This document shows, in pieces, positions 60,104-64,000 of a stretch of 64,000 nucleotides of DNA (position 1 is its first letter; each line of letters opens with the position of its first letter). The notes under the pieces are model-generated. The model did no database searches, had not been told where the DNA came from, and worked only from the letters and a program-made list of their open reading frames with translations. Both the position numbers and the translations under genes were made by a program. The stretch comes from an uncultured Streptococcus sp. GTDB taxonomy: Bacteria > Bacillota > Bacilli > Lactobacillales > Streptococcaceae. The stretch lies in the NCBI RefSeq assembly GCF_963456385.1, contig NZ_CAUOLF010000003.1:51515-115514 (forward strand). Reading direction: 5' to 3'.

Positions 60104-60772
60104 ATGACAGAGATAAATGAAACTTTACTGCGCTCCATTATTGCAGAAGTGATGAAAGAGATGAGCGCCAATACCAACGAAACAGCTGCTAAAACAAGCG
60201 AAAAGCCTGCCACAAAGCCTGTGTCCAATGAAAAAGCTGTCATCCGTACAGTTGGTGTGGCTAAGCCTAGCCAGTCAACGGATGAAGTCGTTATTGCAGT
60301 TGGACCTGCCTTTGGGGAACAGCAGGTGAAGACAATGGTGGACATTCCTCATACGGAAGTACTTCGTCAGCTGGTGGCTGGTATCGAAGAAGAAGGGCTC
60401 AAGGCTCGCATTGTCAAGGTCTATCGTTCTTCTGACGTTGCCTTTGTAGCGGTAGAAGGAGACCACTTGTCTGGTTCTGGCATTTCTATCGGTGTTCAGT
60501 CTAAGGGAACAACGGTTATTCACCAACGTGATTTGCCACCGCTCAGTAATCTGGAACTCTTCCCGCAGGCACCTTTGTTAACTCCTGAAACCTATCGTTT
60601 GATTGGTAAAAATGCTGCTAAGTATGCCAAGGGTGAAACACCAAATCCGGTGCCAACCCTTAACGACCAAATGGCTCGTCCTAAGTACCAGGCATACTCA
60701 GCCTTGCTGCATATTAAGGAAACGAAACTGGTTAAAAGAGGAAAACCAGCTGATGAATGTCAGGTGATTTAA
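60104..60772 (+). CDS. pduD: diol dehydratase medium subunit
   Basis: [33 protein letters not shown]-terminal encapsulation peptide. Confidence 0.97.
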   Translation: MTEINETLLRSIIAEVMKEMSANTNETAAKTSEKPATKPVSNEKAVIRTVGVAKPSQSTDEVVIAVGPAFGEQQVKTMVDIPHTEVLRQLVAGIEEEGLKARIVKVYRSSDVAFVAVEGDHLSGSGISIGVQSKGTTVIHQRDLPPLSNLELFPQAPLLTPETYRLIGKNAAKYAKGETPNPVPTLNDQMARPKYQAYSALLHIKETKLVKRGKPADECQVI

Positions 60773-60802
60773 TGCATATGATGTCTACAAGGAGAAATCA
60801 GA

Positions 60803-61318
60803 ATGAGTGAATCAGTAGAAACATTAGTAAAACAAATATTAGCCGAGCTAAGCGATAGCGGCTCAGCTAGTCAAGGAGCAGCCAATCGTCCTATCAGTTC
60901 TGATGAAGCGACAGCGGCTGATTATCCTATTTCTAAAAAACATCCAGACTGGATAAAGGTTGGTCAGGATAAGAAATTCGAAGATATTACACTGGAAAAT
61001 ATCTTGTCTGGCTATGTGACTGCAGAGGATTTGCGGATTAAGCCAGAGATTTTGATCAAGCAAGGTGAAATTGCTAAGAATGCCGGCCGTGAAGCAATCC
61101 AGTATAACTTTTCTCGGGCTGCCGAACTGACCAAGGTTCCGGATGCGCGTGTGCTGGAAATCTACAATGCCCTGCGCCCTTACCGGTCTTCCAAACAGGA
61201 ATTATTGGACATTGCCAATGAATTGGAAAAACAATATGGAGCTGTTATCTGTGCGGGCTTTGTCAGAGAAGCCGCTGAAAATTATGAGCGCCGCAAGAAG
61301 TTGAAAGGCGACAACTAA
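60803..61318 (+). CDS. pduE: diol dehydratase small subunit
   Basis: DYPI..KHP, NF.RAAELT.VPD.R.LEIYNALRPYRSSK, RKKLKGDN. Confidence 0.97.
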   Translation: MSESVETLVKQILAELSDSGSASQGAANRPISSDEATAADYPISKKHPDWIKVGQDKKFEDITLENILSGYVTAEDLRIKPEILIKQGEIAKNAGREAIQYNFSRAAELTKVPDARVLEIYNALRPYRSSKQELLDIANELEKQYGAVICAGFVREAAENYERRKKLKGDN

Positions 61319-61415
61319 TCCGGTTTATCAAGGCTATTTTGGGTTGAGAAAAGATTATTATCACTGCTTTTATAAATGCTGCTCAAAATAGCCTAATCTT
61401 GGTGGAGGTGAAAAT

Positions 61416-63272
61416 GTGAAACGAATCATTGGAGTAGACATAGGAAATTCTTCGACCGAGTCTGCCTTAGCTGAAGTGCAAGATGATGGAAGCATTCACT
61501 TTCTTGCCTCAGCCATTGCGGATACAACAGGTATCAAAGGGACCAAGGAAAATGTCCACGGGATTTATCAATCTCTGAGAAAATTGATGGAGCAAACAGC
61601 CTTTGAACTGGGACAAGTTGATTTGATTCGGATTAATGAAGCGACGCCTGTTATCGGCGATGTTGCCATGGAAACCATCACAGAGACGGTCATTACTGAG
61701 TCTACCATGATTGGTCATAATCCCCGTACTCCAGGCGGTCTGGGTCTGGGGATTGGGCTCACGGTAGATATTCTCGACTTGGTTCATCATCCGATTGATG
61801 GGAAATACATCGTGGTAGTGCCGAAGATCATTGATTTTGACTTAGTTGCCCAGCTGATCAATGCCTATCTAGCCAAGGGCTATCAGATTACCGCTGCAAT
61901 CTTGCAAGCGGATGATGGGGTTCTGGTCAATAACCGCATTAGCCAGAAGATTCCAATCGTGGATGAGATTCTCTTTATTGACAAGGTGCCTTTGGGAATG
62001 CAAGCTGCTGTTGAAGTGGTAGAGCAGGGGAAGGTGATTTCCCAATTGTCTAATCCCTATGGCATTGCTACGGTCTTTGGCTTGAGTGCAGAAGAGACGA
62101 AAAGCATCGTTCCCATTGCCCGTGCCCTCATTGGCAACCGCTCGGCTGTCGTGATTAAGACACCGGCAGGTGACGTTCAGGCTCGGACGATTCCAGCAGG
62201 CAGTATCCAAATTATCGGCAAGGAGCATACCTTAAAGGTGGATATTTCCAAGGGCGCCGATGAGATTATGGAAAAAATCGTCTACGCCGGCGAGATTAGC
62301 AATGTTGTCGGAGAAGCGGGCACCAATGTTGGTGGTATGCTTGAGAAAGTGCGCCAAACCATGGCTGACCTGACCGAGAAAGAGCCTTCTGACATTTATA
62401 TCCGTGACTTACTAGCCGTCAATACTTTTGCTCCGATTTCTGTGCGCGGTGGTGTGGCTGGAGAATTTTCTATGGAGCAGGCTGTCGGCATTGCCTCTAT
62501 GGTAAATTCCGACAAGCTGCAAATGTCCATCATTGCCCAAGAAGTCGAACGAGAGCTGGGTATTACTGTAGAAATCGGTGGAGCAGAAGCTGAATCAGCT
62601 ATCCTCGGAGCCCTGACTACACCAGGGACCGATCGCCCCTTAGCTATTTTGGACTTGGGAGCGGGCTCGACAGATGCTTCCATTATTGATAGCAGGGGTC
62701 AAATCTTGGCTGTCCATCTAGCCGGTGCCGGTGATATGGTAACCATGCTGATCAATTCGGAGTTGGGACTGGAAAATCATCATCTGGCAGAGGACATCAA
62801 ACGATATCCTCTGGCCAAGGTAGAAAGTCTTTTCCATATCCGGCATGAAGACGGCACTGTTCAATTTTTTGACAAGCCGCTGTCTGGAGATTTGTTTGCT
62901 AGAGTCGTCATCGTCAAGGAAAATGATGAATTTGTTCCTATTGATGATGGAGACTACTCTATCGAAAAAATCAAACTCGTTCGGCAGTCTGCCAAGGAAA
63001 GAGTCTTTGTTACCAATGCAGTGCGGGCTCTCAAGCGTGTCAGCCCTACTCAGAATATTCGAGACATTCCTTTCGTTGTCATCGTAGGTGGCTCAGCTTT
63101 GGACTTTGAAATACCTCAGCTAGTGACCGAAGCCCTCTCTCAGCATGCTATTGTAGCTGGTCGAGGCAATGTACGTGGCTTGGTGGGACCTCGAAATGCA
63201 GTAGCGACCGGACTGATTTTGACCTATGTCAGAGAGAAATGGGGGGCCGACTATGGAATTAGCTTATACTAG
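61416..63272 (+). CDS. pduG: diol dehydratase reactivase alpha subunit
   Basis: GVDIGNSSTE, INEATPVIGDVAMETITET, ILDLGAGSTDAS, GPRNAVATGL; GTG start. Confidence 0.97.
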   Translation: MKRIIGVDIGNSSTESALAEVQDDGSIHFLASAIADTTGIKGTKENVHGIYQSLRKLMEQTAFELGQVDLIRINEATPVIGDVAMETITETVITESTMIGHNPRTPGGLGLGIGLTVDILDLVHHPIDGKYIVVVPKIIDFDLVAQLINAYLAKGYQITAAILQADDGVLVNNRISQKIPIVDEILFIDKVPLGMQAAVEVVEQGKVISQLSNPYGIATVFGLSAEETKSIVPIARALIGNRSAVVIKTPAGDVQARTIPAGSIQIIGKEHTLKVDISKGADEIMEKIVYAGEISNVVGEAGTNVGGMLEKVRQTMADLTEKEPSDIYIRDLLAVNTFAPISVRGGVAGEFSMEQAVGIASMVNSDKLQMSIIAQEVERELGITVEIGGAEAESAILGALTTPGTDRPLAILDLGAGSTDASIIDSRGQILAVHLAGAGDMVTMLINSELGLENHHLAEDIKRYPLAKVESLFHIRHEDGTVQFFDKPLSGDLFARVVIVKENDEFVPIDDGDYSIEKIKLVRQSAKERVFVTNAVRALKRVSPTQNIRDIPFVVIVGGSALDFEIPQLVTEALSQHAIVAGRGNVRGLVGPRNAVATGLILTYVREKWGADYGISLY

Positions 63273-63633
63273 AAAGCCAACCATTAGGCTGATAGCTACG
63301 GACAATGCTCCTGCGGATAAGGTAGCACAAATCGGCTACGGTATCGAAGAGGAAGGTATCCCTTTCAGTCTGGTCTGCCCAGATGAACCTAGCGATCCTG
63401 TATCACTAGCGCATGTGGCTGCAACTCAATCCCAGCTTTTAGTAGGGATTGCCTGTGACGGGCGAGATGCAGTCCTCCATTATCGTAACTTGCCGCTTGA
63501 AAAATTTATCTATCGTATCAAAGATTATTCCGCTATACCGGACCACGTCTTGCGCCTGTTTGGCTCAAATGCAGCGCGGCTGGTCAAGGGAGTCCCATTT
63601 AAAAAATCTGACCTGTTAGAAGCATCTTTTTGA
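63253..63633 (+). CDS. pduH: diol dehydratase reactivase beta subunit
   Basis: KPTI, GIEEEGIPF, S.LLVGI, G.NAARLVKGVPF. Confidence 0.94.
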   Translation: MELAYTRKPTIRLIATDNAPADKVAQIGYGIEEEGIPFSLVCPDEPSDPVSLAHVAATQSQLLVGIACDGRDAVLHYRNLPLEKFIYRIKDYSAIPDHVLRLFGSNAARLVKGVPFKKSDLLEASF

Positions 63634-63691
63634 CTTGTTCCGATCGATTCAAAAAGATGTCCGTAGCAACTACTGAAAAGAGGTGAAATGG

Positions 63692-64000
63692 ATGGCTAGA
63701 GATAGAGAGAAAGACGAGCTCAGCAGTCCAGAACTATCAAGCTGGGGAGGAAACTCAGAATTGCAGGACATCATCATCCAAAAAGTCCTTGCTAGATGCC
63801 AAACCTTACTGGATAAAGAGCCTGTTCTTTTCACAAATATCTATCAGGATGCCTGGGAATTGGTAACAAGGGCCAGACGCAAGGCTGAAGAGCTGGGACT
63901 AGCCGTCGTGATAACGGTGGTTGATCCAGCAGCACAAGTTGTGATGACCTATCGTATGGAAAATGCCTTGTTAGTGAGTAACGATATGGCTTATAAGAAA
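63692..64000 (+). CDS. GlcG/HbpS-family haem-binding protein (PduO C-terminal-domain like), truncated by window end
   Basis: Manual translation MARDREKDE...ARRKAEELGLAVVITVVD...YRMENALLVSNDMAYKK; GAGGTG SD; missing from the ORF track because it has no stop in the window. Confidence 0.85.
   Translation, partial: MARDREKDELSSPELSSWGGNSELQDIIIQKVLARCQTLLDKEPVLFTNIYQDAWELVTRARRKAEELGLAVVITVVDPAAQVVMTYRMENALLVSNDMAYKK

Noticed and set aside
697..63087. Many short alternative-frame and antisense ORFs in the track (e.g. 26387-27202 -, 20854-21456 -, 36216-36782 -)
   Set aside because: They overlap well-supported genes and show no family motifs; typical shadow ORFs.
676..63252. Upstream-extended starts in the ORF track (676, 4727, 7435, 12772, 17291, 19888, 22810, 36021, 39899, 46015, 52594, 63226)
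   Set aside because: Downstream starts fit SD position or family N-termini better; several extensions run through regulatory RNA or the upstream gene.
1..64000. CRISPR arrays, IS/transposases, integrases, tRNA/rRNA, frameshifted pseudogenes in cob/eut/pdu
   Set aside because: None seen; no spaced repeats or recombinase motifs, and core genes appear full length.

Overview
The window is almost entirely + strand and looks like a Streptococcus sanguinis-like vitamin B12 / bacterial-microcompartment island. The genus assignment is inferred from gene content and protein style. (1) 1-18.6 kb: distal part of an anaerobic de novo cobalamin operon (cbiF,G,H,J, cobA-hemD fusion, cbiK,L,M,N,Q,O,P, PduO-type adenosyltransferase, sirC, hemA,C,D,B,L, cobU,S,C). 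(2) 18.7-31.4 kb: an unexplained module with an Old-Yellow-Enzyme oxidoreductase, an unannotated 20-aa ORF ending Glu-Pro-Pro-stop, two complete peptide/nickel-class ABC importers, an M14 aspartoacylase-like hydrolase and a flavin reductase. (3) queG on the minus strand, then four membrane-protein genes, the last three AT-rich. (4) 36-41.6 kb: an ANTAR- and cre-led unit encoding a HAD-phosphatase lipoprotein, EutP, CobD, PduX, CobT and a second PduO. (5) 41.6-42.1 kb: a minus-strand cobalamin riboswitch followed by an ANTAR dual hairpin, i.e. an EutX/Rli55-like sRNA. (6) 42.3-57.3 kb: the eut cluster with EutV/EutW and ANTAR-terminator leaders. (7) 57.7-64 kb: pduB,C,D,E,G,H and the start of a PduO-C/GlcG haem-binding gene. 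The best leads are the EPP-stop leader peptide, the ANTAR-linked surface phosphatase and the riboswitch-ANTAR sRNA. No mobile elements, CRISPR arrays, tRNA or rRNA were seen. All calls come from reading motifs by eye; no searches or folding programs were run.
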